Source: Pachysolen tannophilus NRRL Y-2460
Lineage: Eukaryota
Reading direction: 5' to 3'
Length of the DNA: 64,000 nt
NCBI GenBank assembly: GCA_001661245.1
Contig: KV454011.1
Span: forward strand, 2,099,271 to 2,163,270
The position numbers and the translations under genes were made by a program. The notes beneath the pieces were generated by a model. That model saw only the letters and a program-made list of their open reading frames with translations, ran no database searches and had not been told where the DNA came from. This document shows, piece by piece, positions 25,583 to 37,729 of the stretch (the first letter of the stretch is position 1; each line of letters opens with the position of its first letter).

Positions 25583-26695
25583 ATGTTCAAGTTACAATCT
25601 AGAAACCAATTTTCACCTTTACTTCGTAATTCTTTAACTAGAAATTATGCTGCCGCAGTTGCCAAATTTCAAGGTACTAAAAATGCCAAAGGTAATTATA
25701 CTGTTACTATGATTGAAGGTGATGGTATTGGTGTTGAGATTTCTGAGGCTGTTAAGGATATCTATAAGGCTGCTAAAGTTCCAATTGAATGGGAAGCTGC
25801 TGATGTTAGACCTTTACTTATTAATGGTAAGACTACAATTCCAGAACCAGCTGTTAAATCTATTAATAAGAATTTAGTTGCTTTAAAAGGTCCTTTAGCT
25901 ACACCAGTTGGTAAAGGTCATCAATCTTTGAATTTGACTTTAAGAAGAACTTTCAATTTGTTTGCCAATGTTAGACCATGTAAATCTATTGTTGGTTATA
26001 AGACTCCATATGATAACGTTGATACTGTTTTAATTAGAGAAAATACTGAAGGTGAATATTCTGGTATTGAGCACGTTATAGTTCCAGGTGTTGTCCAATC
26101 GATTAAATTGATCACAAGACCAGCTTCAGAAAAAGTTATTAGATATGCTTTCCAACACGCTATATCTACTGGTAGAAACCATGTTTTAGTTGTTCATAAA
26201 GCTTCAATTATGAAATTATCAGATGGTTTATTTGTTGAAGTTGCTAAAGAATTAGCTTCAGAATATCCAAATGTTAAACTTTCATTTGAAAACTTGGATA
26301 ATACTTCGTTAAAATTAGTTCAAAATCCATCCCAATATAACAATTTAGTTATGGTTATGCCAAACTTGTATGGTGATATCATGTCAGATTTATCTTCTGG
26401 TTTAATTGGTGGTTTAGGTTTAACCCCATCAGGTAACATGGGTGACAAAGTCTCCATCTTTGAAGCTGTCCATGGTTCAGCTCCAGATATTGCAGGAAAA
26501 GGATTGGCTAACCCAACTGCCTTATTATTATCTTCATGTATGATGTTAAGACATATGGAATTAAACGATCACGCATCAAAAATTGAAGAAGCAGTTTACA
26601 AAACTATTGCTTCAGGTCCAGAAAACAGAACTAAAGACTTGAAAGGTAGCTCGTCTACTTCCCATTACACTGAACAAGTCATCAAAAACTTATAG
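25583..26695 (+). CDS. IDH2: Mitochondrial NAD-dependent isocitrate dehydrogenase, catalytic subunit 2
   Basis: [29 protein letters not shown] and [16 protein letters not shown] at 25583 with a presequence. Confidence 0.95.
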   Translation: MFKLQSRNQFSPLLRNSLTRNYAAAVAKFQGTKNAKGNYTVTMIEGDGIGVEISEAVKDIYKAAKVPIEWEAADVRPLLINGKTTIPEPAVKSINKNLVALKGPLATPVGKGHQSLNLTLRRTFNLFANVRPCKSIVGYKTPYDNVDTVLIRENTEGEYSGIEHVIVPGVVQSIKLITRPASEKVIRYAFQHAISTGRNHVLVVHKASIMKLSDGLFVEVAKELASEYPNVKLSFENLDNTSLKLVQNPSQYNNLVMVMPNLYGDIMSDLSSGLIGGLGLTPSGNMGDKVSIFEAVHGSAPDIAGKGLANPTALLLSSCMMLRHMELNDHASKIEEAVYKTIASGPENRTKDLKGSSSTSHYTEQVIKNL

Positions 26696-27196
26696 ATTGG
26701 ATTCAACACATTATATAGGGGGGAGAAAGTGAAAGACAAAAATTTCTTTAAAGAAAAAAAAAAAAATTGAAACAAAAATGAAAAAAAAATAAAAAAAATA
26801 AAAAATTGGTAGAATTAATTATTTGAGGTTATAGATCATCTCTTCTTTTTTTATTATTTTTTTTTTTTTTTATGTTTTTTTATTTTTATTTTTTATTTTT
26901 ATTTTTATTAAAACAATTTTTAAAATAATATTTAGTATAATCCATGTTACATCTAGTGTTTTTTTTATAACTTAACTTGACTTTACTTGACTTTATAAAA
27001 GTTCAAATATATCTATTCTTTATATATCTATCTATCTATTCTTATATAAATTTATTGTAATTATTTTTTTTTGGTATAAAATTCATTAGGGGCTGTTGTA
27101 TGTATATGAGGCCCGAATTGAAAAGTTGAAAAATTTTATCGTAGTAGTAGAATAACTAGTGAAGAGAGTAATATATAATTTAAGTATATATTGATC

Positions 27197-27847
27197 ATGT
27201 CATCACGGAATATTTTAGTTCTTATATCTGGTAATGGTTCTAATCTTCAAGCGCTTATAGATGCGTCTTTAAATGGTGAGTTACCTGCAAAGATTAGTTG
27301 GGTTATATCATCATCTTCAACAGCTTATGGTTTAGAAAGAGCTTCTAATGCATCGATTCCAACACTGATTCATGAATTGAAAAATTATTATAAAGATATT
27401 CCAAAATCAGATAAAAAGGCAAGATCAGATGCTAGAAAGAAATTTAATCTTGATTTGGTAAATTTAATATTGAATGATAAGAAGAATGGTAAACCTGATT
27501 TAATTGTATGTGCAGGATGGATGTTAATACTTTCACCTGATTTTTTAGCTCCATTAGAAAAAGCCAAAATTCCAATTATTAATTTGCATCCATCTTTACC
27601 TGGGAAATTTGATGGAATTAATGCGATTGAAAGAAGTTATAAGGCAGGCCAAGAGGGTGAAATTGATGAAGGTGGATGTATGATTCATAAAGTTATTCAA
27701 GAGGTGGATGCAGGTGAACCATTGGTGGTTAAAAAGATTAATGTAGTCAAAGGTGAGTCCTTAGAAAGTTGGGAAAACAGAATTCATCAATTAGAACATG
27801 TTGCTATTGTTGAAGGAACGATTAAAGCCCTACAGGAATTGATTTAA
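27197..27847 (+). CDS. ADE8: Phosphoribosylglycinamide formyltransferase
   Basis: VLISGNGSNLQALID, CAGWMLIL and INLHPSLPG motifs. ATG at 27197. Confidence 0.97.
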   Translation: MSSRNILVLISGNGSNLQALIDASLNGELPAKISWVISSSSTAYGLERASNASIPTLIHELKNYYKDIPKSDKKARSDARKKFNLDLVNLILNDKKNGKPDLIVCAGWMLILSPDFLAPLEKAKIPIINLHPSLPGKFDGINAIERSYKAGQEGEIDEGGCMIHKVIQEVDAGEPLVVKKINVVKGESLESWENRIHQLEHVAIVEGTIKALQELI

Positions 27848-27934
27848 TATATATATAATATATATAATATATATATGTGTGTGTTTAGAAATTAAAATAA
27901 TAAAAAAAAAAAGTATATTTTCTTTTTTAAACAA

Positions 27935-28838
27935 TTAAGCATCTACTTGCATTGTATCTAAATTCACAACTTCTTCTTCAACATCAACCAATTTATAGAT
28001 ATCTTCTTTTAAAATAGCAGTGGATCCTCTTGGGAATTTATATGATTTTGATTTTTGTGCTCTGGTATTTGGTGTCAAGTAATTCCTATATAGTTGAGCA
28101 TCTTTACCAATTTCCATCACACAAACATCTACATTTGAACCTGAACCTAAATCATTCCAAATACCTGCTTCAATGGCGTCTGAACATAATTTTATTGCTT
28201 CTTCTTTAGTTAACCCATCTCTCCAATTCGATTCCAAGACTGCCATTGCCAGCAAGGAACCAGAACCTAATGACTGATAAAAACCTACATCTGTAGAGCC
28301 ATGTGCATGTATTGAAAATAAATGAGCACCTGTAGGATCAATTCCTGCTACAATTAAATATGCACCAATATGACCTTGATACTTGTATAAATGTTGTTTC
28401 AACATTGTTAAAGCAGTAACAACACGGGGACTTCTATTAGCAGACATCGAATGAAGCTCAAGATTAGATGAAATCAATTGTGTAACCATCTCTGTATCAG
28501 CAGCTGTACCAGCACCAGCACACCATATCGTTGGTGAAAGACGATGTAATTTTTCACAATTCTTATCAGCTACAATTGGACCAGCAGTCGCTCTTGTATC
28601 AGCAGCAATCTAAGAAAAAGCAAAAAACAGAAAAATAATCCAGTTAGTATATATATATATATATATTTAGATCAAAAAAAATGGAAATCTAAATATCAAA
28701 TATAGTACTTACAATAACGCCACCATTGAATTTACATCCAACAATTGTTGTACCAGTAGAAGTAGCTTTAGGAACCCCAACTCCTTTTGCTGCCAAATAT
28801 TGATTCCTCTGATAATTATCAAAACTAAGACCAACCAT
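27935..28838 (-). CDS. PUP1: 20S proteasome beta-2 subunit; exons 28838-28713 and 28609-27935
   Basis: Exon 1 MVGLSFDNYQRN...STGTTIVG (propeptide and catalytic Thr) splices to IAADTRATAGPIVADKNC; WNDLGSGSNVD. Confidence 0.98.
28610..28712 (-). other. Spliceosomal intron in PUP1
   Basis: GTAAGT donor, TACTAAC at 28649-28643, TAG acceptor, phase 0. Confidence 0.95.
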
Positions 28839-29479
28839 TCTCAATTACTCAATTATTCTATTAGATGGATTTCTATTAATTTTAATAATAGTTATATAAT
28901 TATCAATATTAAAATTAATACTACTAATATTACTACTACTACTACTACTACTATTATTATTGTTAGTGTCTTTTTTTTTTTTTTTTTTGGCTTCAACTTC
29001 ACCACCCATTTGTGTACTGTGAGCACGACCCTTTGTTTCTTTCAATTTCAAACCTTTTTTGGGAAATTGATATTTGCGTGCACTACCTCGGTTATTTAAT
29101 TTTTTTAAAAATTCTTTTTGGGACAATTGATACGCGCTCACACGACTTAGTTTTGTTTTATTTTTTTTCACGAAAATCCAAAAAAAAACCCATAGTCGTG
29201 TGGGCGCGTATTAATTTAGCTTTTTTAGGGAAACAAGGTTTTTTTTTTTTTTTTTTTTTTTTTTGAGGATTTGAGATTTGGGTCTTTGGGATGAAGTTAA
29301 CGCATTGAATGTTGATTTGTTTTTATATGTTTAAAAAAATAGAACAAGCAACGGCGCTTCCAGTTTAAAAGAGGTAGATGAATTGAAACTGGGGAATTCT
29401 AGTAATTGGAAAGGAAATAATTTGGGAAAAGGAGGTTGAAAAGAAAAGAAGAAAAGAAGAGAAAAAAAAAACAAGAAAG

Positions 29480-32400
29480 ATGTTAGATTTTTATTCATAT
29501 ACTTCCCCTTCACGGGTAAAGACACTTGTTGTACCAACTCATAATCTTTCTCTTCAAAAATTTGAAGAATATTTCCATGGAATTCTTTCAAAATATTATG
29601 AGGTTCGGTTAGTTGATGTTAATAGGAATAATGGATTATTTAATCCTCAAGGTTATCCTCATGGGCGGGTAGTTTATGATTATCAATTAGTTGATAGTGA
29701 TACTGAATCACTTTTTTTAAATGATTTCGAACCATTTAGAAAAATGTTTAATGTTATTGGAATTTGTTCATATGATGAAGGTTTTGTTGATGTTGCTGAA
29801 GAACAATTGATAGAATTGAAGAAATATCATAATAATGCTATAAATTATAATATAATAGCATTTGATACTCCAATAGAAATAGTTGGAAAAATACAAGACA
29901 AAAATAAAAATATTTTTTATTTACCAAAGATAACAAGTTCTAAATTAACAAATATTGAAACAATATTATGCGATGTCACTTCTAATTTCTTGGAAGCATT
30001 ATCGAATTATGCATCTGCTTATCAACACGTTACGCTAAGATCTCCAGGTTCAATAACAAATAATAATAATAATAATACAACAGCAGCAGCAGCAGCAATA
30101 ACGACAACAACAGGATTCAGTTCGGGAAATACTTTAAATTCAAAATCAAAGAGAAGTATATCGGGAGCATTTTCACTTAATGGAGGGTCTTCATCTCCAA
30201 CTCTTTCTACAAATTCTTTTAATTCTACACATACAATAACTACAGAAAAAAAGAAAAAAAGAATTTCTTCTGCAAATTTTTTACCAAATTTTGATTCAAA
30301 TTCAAATTTATTACATCAAGAAAGATTGAAAAATAATAAAAATAAAGGTCGTCAACATAAAATTTTTGGAAATTTTTATTTACTTAGTGGTAGATTAAAT
30401 GATGCTTTAAAAGAATTTTGTGAATGTATTAATTTGTTGAAAAGTTGTAACGATTTTCTTTGGTTAGGAAGTGCTTTAGATGGATTAAGCGTTTGTGTCT
30501 TGATTTTAACTTTTTTAGAAGTTCCATTTCAATTACCTCTTTCAACAACTTCAATAATTAATACTGTGGGACATCATTCATCTTCTTCTTCTTCTATATC
30601 GACTACTACTTCAACTTCTACTCCAGGAATAACTGGTAAAGATTCTGTTGTTGTTTATTCTCCAAATAATTCTCCAAGAAATTCAATGAACTCAGTAACA
30701 AGAACAATATCAAATCAAATGAACAATGGAACAAATTCACCTTCATCACATCAAACCCCTGGATCATTAGAATATAGTTTACAAACAATTCCTGAATTAG
30801 TAAATAAATTGGTTAATAAGTGTATTTTTTACTACAAATTAACTTTTGAAAATTCAGATGACTGTGTTCCAGGTCTAGTATATTGTGAAACTTTGGTGCG
30901 TTATATTAAATTTATGACTGTTGTCAGCTTGAATAAAGGTTTGGATTTCCATGTATTAAGAAACATTGTTAAAAGTACTCCACTTCCTAAAGAGCACTGC
31001 GTTATCGATGATGGCTCAATATCACCAATGGTTTTCGATAAATTGGAAATTATGAGATTCGAACAAGAAATTTTTAATAATCAATTTGAAGATATGGCTG
31101 TTATTAATAAATGCAGAATATACTGCTCTTTGATAGCTGTTTGTGCAGATTTAGATCTTTTGAGGAAAAGATCTTTTTTATTAAGACAATTATTTTTCTT
31201 GATTTTACCAGAACTACAAGATAAAAAATTCGCAATAAACACAGCAATAACAATTTCTGGTAGTTGTAAAATTTCAGAAACAGGTGATGAAACAGCATTA
31301 ACAAAGATATTGGATGACTTATTAAAAAGTTATGGTATTAGTACAGATCCAAATGATACTTCAACCCTTCAATCATTTGTACCGAATTGGATGAAATTGC
31401 ACAAGACTTTATTGAAAAATTGCATAAAATTAGTTGAAAGCTTAAGTCTTTGGAAAACATCATTGAGATATAATTCAATTCTTTTGAAAAATTATTCTTA
31501 CTCGTTGAGCGAGGAAGAACAAGTTAATTTACTTCAAAAAATGAGGACACAATATCTGAAATTAAAACATACAAGACTTGACAAAATAAAATTACTTTAT
31601 TGGGATGAATACCTTGTCAGGGATATTTCTGCAGTGCAAACAGTTAACCAGGCTGCCCCAGTGATTAGAAATTCTAGAAGAAATAGTTATCTTACCAATG
31701 GTTCCCATTTAAAGCAAAATATTTACAATCCATATAGCAATAAGAATATTACAGCAGAAGATGAACGTTTAGTCGAAGGTGAACCAGTGGACATTCGAGT
31801 AACAATGCAAAACCCTTTTCTTTTTGATATTGATATCAGCAAGGTCCAGATCCATTGCAATGACTTCAAAATCAAGACAGTGACATCAAATGCTTCTCAA
31901 AAATCTCAATTAGAAGAAGAAAAAAATGATTTTTTTGTTATAAAAGCAAATTCAATTGCAGAGTTATTTGTCAGTTTTATACCTTTGCAAAAAGGTGAGT
32001 TGAAAATTTTAGGAATTAAAGCGATAGTGTGTGGTTGTGATGAACAAGTATTTGAAGTTTGTCTTAACAAGAATTTTAAAGTATTTGAAAAAATTAAAAC
32101 TTTTGGTATTGAAAAGTTTCTTACAAAAAATGATGCAACGAAGGAAAATAACAATCAAATATTGTACGATAATGATTATTCATCTATTGAGATAAAAACT
32201 TTAAAATATCATGTTCTTTCTGCCCAACCCATGCTTTCACTAGTTGATATGTCATTGAATAATAACTGGGTAATGTTATTGGAAGGAGAAACAAAAGAGT
32301 TTTCTATTTCTTTGAAAAATATCTCCTCAGTTGAAATCAACCACTTAATTTCAAGTTTTATTGATTCCACAACCACACCTTTATCCAAGGCCTTACTGAC

Positions 32401-33748
32401 AAAATTACCTGGGAACGAGGTTTACGAGATTGAATATTATTTGATCAAGAAAATCCCTTTCAGGATTTTAAACAAGGAAAATCTCAAGTTGATAAAAAAT
32501 AATGAGGAATTTAAGATAGATTTGGAGATAGTGGGAAAGCGTGGTATGACTAGTGCTAGCGTTTTATTAGAATATTCAAACAACACCGGGGAAGAAGTTG
32601 ACAGCAAATACATCAGAAACATAGAGATTCCAGTCAATGTCACTGTATACCCAAGTGTAGAGATCTCAAGCTGCGATATCTTGGCTCTTTTCACTTCTGA
32701 AACGGTTCTTGAAAATTCAGATTTATTGAAAGCTCTTAATTTGAGTGGTAAATTCGATAGAAGGTCTTTTTGGTCTTACCTAAACAATCGTGTTGTGAAA
32801 AAAAATGAAAAGATGTCAGACTATTGTCTTTTAGTTATCGATCTAAGAAATAGTTGGAGAACTGAAATCGAAGTTGAACTAAGAAGTTCTGCATCGATTT
32901 TATGCGATGACGACGGTTTATTACCATTACCATCAGATTATGATGAATCAGACCAAGAGAAGAGTGACGATTGTTGTGTAACAAGTTGTATTATTGAGAG
33001 AGGCCTGACTGAGAGATTTTTACTTCCAATTAAGCGCATTTCATTGCCTCAAGAACAACTATCGCAAGATATACCGAGTTTGAGAAACAAGCAATTTATC
33101 TTTGATAAGACTACTCCGAAAGAAGAACAAAACTTCATACGTGAAGCATTCTGGTATAGACAGGAGCTATTAAGACATATCAAAGGTGTTTGGTCTATCA
33201 AGAGGGAAAAAAGTTATGAAACTGTAGAGGTAGAGAAAACTGGAAATGTTGAACTCCGTGGTGTAAGATTATCGTCAAGAATGTTAAACATTTTGAAAGT
33301 GGAAAGTGTGGGATTAGAGCAATTCATTTTGAGAAATGTTAATGACGATGAGACCTCGAATAGCAACCAATTATTAAGCAAGAAGGATAATTTGGCGTAT
33401 GATTTGAAATTGGAAGATTTTTACATTATTAAAACCAAGATAATTAATAGAACGCATACACCTATTACAGGTATATTAAGACATGTACCTGTTTCTAAAT
33501 CTTCTTCCCTATCAATTGAAAGAAAGATTTTATTCAACGGTGTTTTGCAGTACACTTTACCAAGCACAATCATGCCAGGTGAAAGTTTTGAAGTTGATTT
33601 AGGAATATGCATATTAGAAAAAGGTGAATATGAGTGGAGGTCTATTTTTGATCAATTTGAAATGGTTGATGATAAAATTTCAGAGGGAAAAGTTGATATT
33701 GTTGGAAGTCATCTGCAAAGAGAATCTTTATTAATAAAAGCTAATTAA
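29480..33748 (+). CDS. TRS120: TRAPPII complex subunit Trs120
   Basis: FNPQGYPHGRV, LFLNDFEPFRK, DFLWLGSALDG and IPSLRNKQF. Near ADE8, as in S. cerevisiae. Confidence 0.93.
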   Translation: MLDFYSYTSPSRVKTLVVPTHNLSLQKFEEYFHGILSKYYEVRLVDVNRNNGLFNPQGYPHGRVVYDYQLVDSDTESLFLNDFEPFRKMFNVIGICSYDEGFVDVAEEQLIELKKYHNNAINYNIIAFDTPIEIVGKIQDKNKNIFYLPKITSSKLTNIETILCDVTSNFLEALSNYASAYQHVTLRSPGSITNNNNNNTTAAAAAITTTTGFSSGNTLNSKSKRSISGAFSLNGGSSSPTLSTNSFNSTHTITTEKKKKRISSANFLPNFDSNSNLLHQERLKNNKNKGRQHKIFGNFYLLSGRLNDALKEFCECINLLKSCNDFLWLGSALDGLSVCVLILTFLEVPFQLPLSTTSIINTVGHHSSSSSSISTTTSTSTPGITGKDSVVVYSPNNSPRNSMNSVTRTISNQMNNGTNSPSSHQTPGSLEYSLQTIPELVNKLVNKCIFYYKLTFENSDDCVPGLVYCETLVRYIKFMTVVSLNKGLDFHVLRNIVKSTPLPKEHCVIDDGSISPMVFDKLEIMRFEQEIFNNQFEDMAVINKCRIYCSLIAVCADLDLLRKRSFLLRQLFFLILPELQDKKFAINTAITISGSCKISETGDETALTKILDDLLKSYGISTDPNDTSTLQSFVPNWMKLHKTLLKNCIKLVESLSLWKTSLRYNSILLKNYSYSLSEEEQVNLLQKMRTQYLKLKHTRLDKIKLLYWDEYLVRDISAVQTVNQAAPVIRNSRRNSYLTNGSHLKQNIYNPYSNKNITAEDERLVEGEPVDIRVTMQNPFLFDIDISKVQIHCNDFKIKTVTSNASQKSQLEEEKNDFFVIKANSIAELFVSFIPLQKGELKILGIKAIVCGCDEQVFEVCLNKNFKVFEKIKTFGIEKFLTKNDATKENNNQILYDNDYSSIEIKTLKYHVLSAQPMLSLVDMSLNNNWVMLLEGETKEFSISLKNISSVEINHLISSFIDSTTTPLSKALLTKLPGNEVYEIEYYLIKKIPFRILNKENLKLIKNNEEFKIDLEIVGKRGMTSASVLLEYSNNTGEEVDSKYIRNIEIPVNVTVYPSVEISSCDILALFTSETVLENSDLLKALNLSGKFDRRSFWSYLNNRVVKKNEKMSDYCLLVIDLRNSWRTEIEVELRSSASILCDDDGLLPLPSDYDESDQEKSDDCCVTSCIIERGLTERFLLPIKRISLPQEQLSQDIPSLRNKQFIFDKTTPKEEQNFIREAFWYRQELLRHIKGVWSIKREKSYETVEVEKTGNVELRGVRLSSRMLNILKVESVGLEQFILRNVNDDETSNSNQLLSKKDNLAYDLKLEDFYIIKTKIINRTHTPITGILRHVPVSKSSSLSIERKILFNGVLQYTLPSTIMPGESFEVDLGICILEKGEYEWRSIFDQFEMVDDKISEGKVDIVGSHLQRESLLIKAN

Positions 33749-34192
33749 AGGAAGAAAAAAGAAAAAAAAAATTTTTTTAACAGCTAATTTAAAAATTTCG
33801 TTGTTATATAGTTTTCATGTTTTCATTGCATTATTTTTCTTTTTAATTTTTAGGAATAATAAAAAGTTTGGATGATTTTTAAAAATTCTACAAAATTTGA
33901 CTCTATATTTTTGGGGGAATTTTTGTTTAATTTAAGAAAATAAAAAGATGATGAATTTGAAATCAATTTTCTTTCCAAATGACAAAATAACTCAAATAGC
34001 TGAACAACAAAAAAAAAAAAAATTTAATAAAAAAAAAAAGTTCCATATCCATGTTAAATGTTACTAAATACTTTTAAAAGCACATTTTAAACTTCAAAAA
34101 ATAATAGAATTAATACTATATATAAAAAATTACAAGAAACGTAACAAAGAAATCAAAAAAATAAACTAAATAGATTAAATGCATCAATTAGC

Positions 34193-36939
34193 TTATAATT
34201 TATCGTAATATTCTTCATAACCTGGAACGTTTTCTTTAAGACCGTGTCTCTTACGAGCAGCAGTAACAATTTCTCCGGATTTTGAAGTTGGATCAGTTGG
34301 ATCACCAGTCATAGTAGCCCAATGGTCGAAAACCATCTGTGGGAAAGCTTGACCACCAGTAGCTTGACGTAAGTCACCACTGAAACCAAATGATTCATTA
34401 ACTGGTAAGTATGCCTTAACAGTGAACAATGGAGTACCTGGTCTTTGTTCTTCAGAGATAACTTGACCTCTCTTCTTGTTCAAGACAGAGTAGATACCAC
34501 CAATAGCATTTTCTGGACATTGAATTTCAACCAAGAAAACAGGTTCTTGGATTCTTGGTTCAGCCAATAAAACAGCGGCATAGGTAACTCTTCTCATAGT
34601 TGGGATAATTTGACCACCACCTCTGTGGATAGCATCGGCATGTAAGGTAACATCCAACATGTTGATTCTAACAGATCTCATGTTTTCACCAAAGATAGGA
34701 CCTTCCTTGGTAGCCCATTGGAAAGCAGCAACAACAGAATCCTTAATTTCAGACAAGTATTGAACAGCCTTAGTTTGGTCAACAACCAAATTTGGACCGT
34801 TACCATCTGGACCGAAACACCAAATCTTTCTAGCATCAGTGACATCCCAACCAAATTCATCTGCCATTAATCTAGCTCTGACCTTGAAATCTTCTCTTGG
34901 AGAAATCTTACCAGATTCAATAGCCAATGAGACTTCTTCATCAATTGGTTCGGCTTTAACGTAAAGTCTGTTATGCTTGTTTGGTGATTTAGATAATGCA
35001 ACCATTGATGATTCAGCTTCAACAGTTTCTCTGTAAGCGACAACTGGTGGAGAAATCTTTAATGGAATACCAGCATGATCGTTTTCTAAATCTTGTAAAC
35101 AAATTTCCAAATGTAATTCACCAGTACCAGCAACAATATGTTCACCAGATTCTGACATACGAGTCAAAACACATGGATCGGATTTGGATAAACGTTTTAA
35201 ACCTTCAACCAATTTTGGTAAATCAGAAGCATTCTTAACTTCAACAGCAACTTCAACAACTGGAGAAACAGAGAATTTCATAACTTTCATGTTGTGAGAA
35301 GCTTCATTTGTGGTAATAGTACCAGATTTCAATAAGAATTGATCGATACCAACAATACCAACAATGTTACCAGCTGGACAGTCATCAATTGGTTCGACGA
35401 ATCTACCCATCATTAAAACAACTCTTTGAACTGCCTTTAAGAATAAATCTTCTTTCTTACCTGGAACATAGTTTGGACCTTGGATTCTGACTTTTTGACC
35501 AGATTTAACGGTACCTGCAAAGACACGACCAAAAGCGTAGAATCTACCTTTATCAGATGTTGGAACCATCTTAGAGATATACAACATTAAATCTGCCTTA
35601 GGGTCACAGTTTTTAATAGCAATACATGAAGCATCATCAGCTGGACCTTCGTATAAAGTTTCAGCTCTGTAGTTTTGAGCAGTGACTGGGGAAGGTAAAT
35701 GAAGAACAATCATTTCCATCAAAGCATCAGCAGCTGGTAAGAATTTTCTCATAACAACTTTTAATAAAGCTTTACCTTCTAAATCTTTTTCATCACCTTT
35801 TAATACAATTTCCAATTTTTCCAACAAGACTGGAATTTGATCTTTCTTGAAATTCATGATAGCACTGAATAATCTAAAGATTGGATCCAAGACAAACATG
35901 TTGAAAGCTCTTTCTAAAGCTTTTCCATCAGCATCTTTATCTTTGTTAGACCATTTCTTTGTCTTTGGGTTGAAATAAGAATCACCCCATAATCTTTCCA
36001 TCATTTTATTACCATCAACACCAAATTTCTTGGAGTAACGGTGAGCAAATTGTCTAACGGTAAAAGCCCAACCGTGTAAACCAGAACCAAATGCAACGGT
36101 ACCTCTGTCTGGGTAAACTTGAACATCACCTAAAGTTTTATCGGAATAAGTGGAGATGATAACGTTAACAGATTCAACGGTTCTTGAGAAAGATTGATAT
36201 AAATCTTCCTTTGTGACTTGTAATTCCAACAATGCACGATCAACCTTGTTAATGATGACAACTGGTTTAATTCTTTCAGCTAAAGATTGTCTTAAAACAG
36301 TCTCAGTTTGAACACAAACACCTTCAACACAGTCAACAACAACCAAAGCACCATCTGTAACTCTTAAAGCAGCAGTAACTTCTGAAGAGAAATCAACGTG
36401 ACCTGGGGAATCAATCAAATTAATCAAGAAACTGTTACCATCAGTCTTTTGTTTGATTTCTTTAACATCCTCATCGGACATTTCAGCATACAAGGAAATA
36501 GCAGTAGATTTAATAGTAATACCTCTTTCTTGTTCATCCTTTCTTGTATCGGTGAAACGAGCTTCACCGGCCTTAGCAGCTGAAATAATACCAGCTCTTT
36601 GAACCAAGGAATCGGTTAAAGTAGATTTACCATGATCGACATGGGCAATGACCGACATGTTACGGACATTGGTGGTCTTGTCCATTAAACCACGGATTTG
36701 GTCAACAGTGAAAGCAACTAAAAAAAAGAAAAATCAAATAAAAATTAAAAAAATGTTAGTATCAATTGTTTGTTAACCGCCATTTAAAATTGGTAATAAA
36801 AAATTTTTACCATGGGCGGCTATTTTCATAAAATATCCTATCCTCATGGCAAAAATTACAACGAAAAAAAAAGCTATTCAACTCTTTTTTTTTCTTTTTT
36901 CAACTCAATAAAAAATCAATCAAAGAATTACATACCCAT
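34193..36939 (-). CDS. EFT1: Translation elongation factor 2; exons 36939-36936 (ATGG) and 36717-34193
   Basis: Spliced start [31 protein letters not shown] and the diphthamide loop [15 protein letters not shown]. Confidence 0.99.
36718..36935 (-). other. Spliceosomal intron in EF-2 gene
   Basis: GTATGT donor after ATGG, TACTAAC at 36761-36755, TAG acceptor; splicing gives the canonical MVAFTVDQ start. Confidence 0.96.
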
Positions 36940-37089
36940 CTTTTATTATTTTTTTTTAATTTGGCAATAGGATGAAACAAAAAAAAAGACCAAAAAAAAA
37001 AAAAATATAAAAAAAAGAGAATATAATTAAAATAGAATTAAAAAAAAAGTAAAGGTGAGAATGGAATTACTTAGTGGGTGGATTGAAAA

Positions 37090-37100
37090 TGAAAAATTTT
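37090..37100. promoter_or_regulatory. RRPE (TGAAAAATTTT) upstream of EF-2
   Basis: Exact match about 150 bp upstream of the ATG; low-complexity motif. Confidence 0.4.
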
Positions 37101-37729
37101 TTTTTTTGTTTTAATTTTTTTTTTTGCTTCTGAAGATGCGCTTTTAATTTTATTACGTAAGAATTGGACCAAAAATGAGGGTAACCCTCCCAGAAGCGCA
37201 GTTACTAGCGCAAGAGTATTTATGCGTACGCGTGTATATACGCTATTTTGGAATAAACCTGTGTGCGCAACTTTATACACAACATGCGGGCGCTTATTTT
37301 ATTATTTTATAAAAAAAAATTTAAGATCTGCGTTCAAGTAAACGTGTATGCGCACTCTATGTGTATTTGCGCAAACGCGCAAACGCGTGCAGTATAATAA
37401 TAGTTTTATTTTTCTTTTTGCCTCTACTATTGAAATTAAATTAAATGATATTAAATGGATTAATAGCAGCTGCTGAGATTAAATAAAAAATCAAAAATCA
37501 TTAGGATATGATATTGAGTAGCCAAAGAAAAAAAAAGAAAAAGAAAAAAGAGAATAAAAACAAAACAAAACAAAGTAAAAAGTGAAAAGTGAAAAGTGAA
37601 AAGTGAAAAAAAAAAAAAATAAAGTAATAAAGGGTAAAAGGAAAATTAAAATTAAAATAAAAAAATAAAAATAAAAAATAAAAAGATAAAAAAAAAAACT
37701 TTGTATTCGTAACTTATTTGTAAAGCTCA

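Noticed and set aside
28800..29591. Several Phe/Lys-rich short ORFs in intergenic regions (also near 12421, 13815, 25276, 37491, 48400, 50773)
   Set aside because: Derived from poly-A/T tracts; composition is not protein-like.
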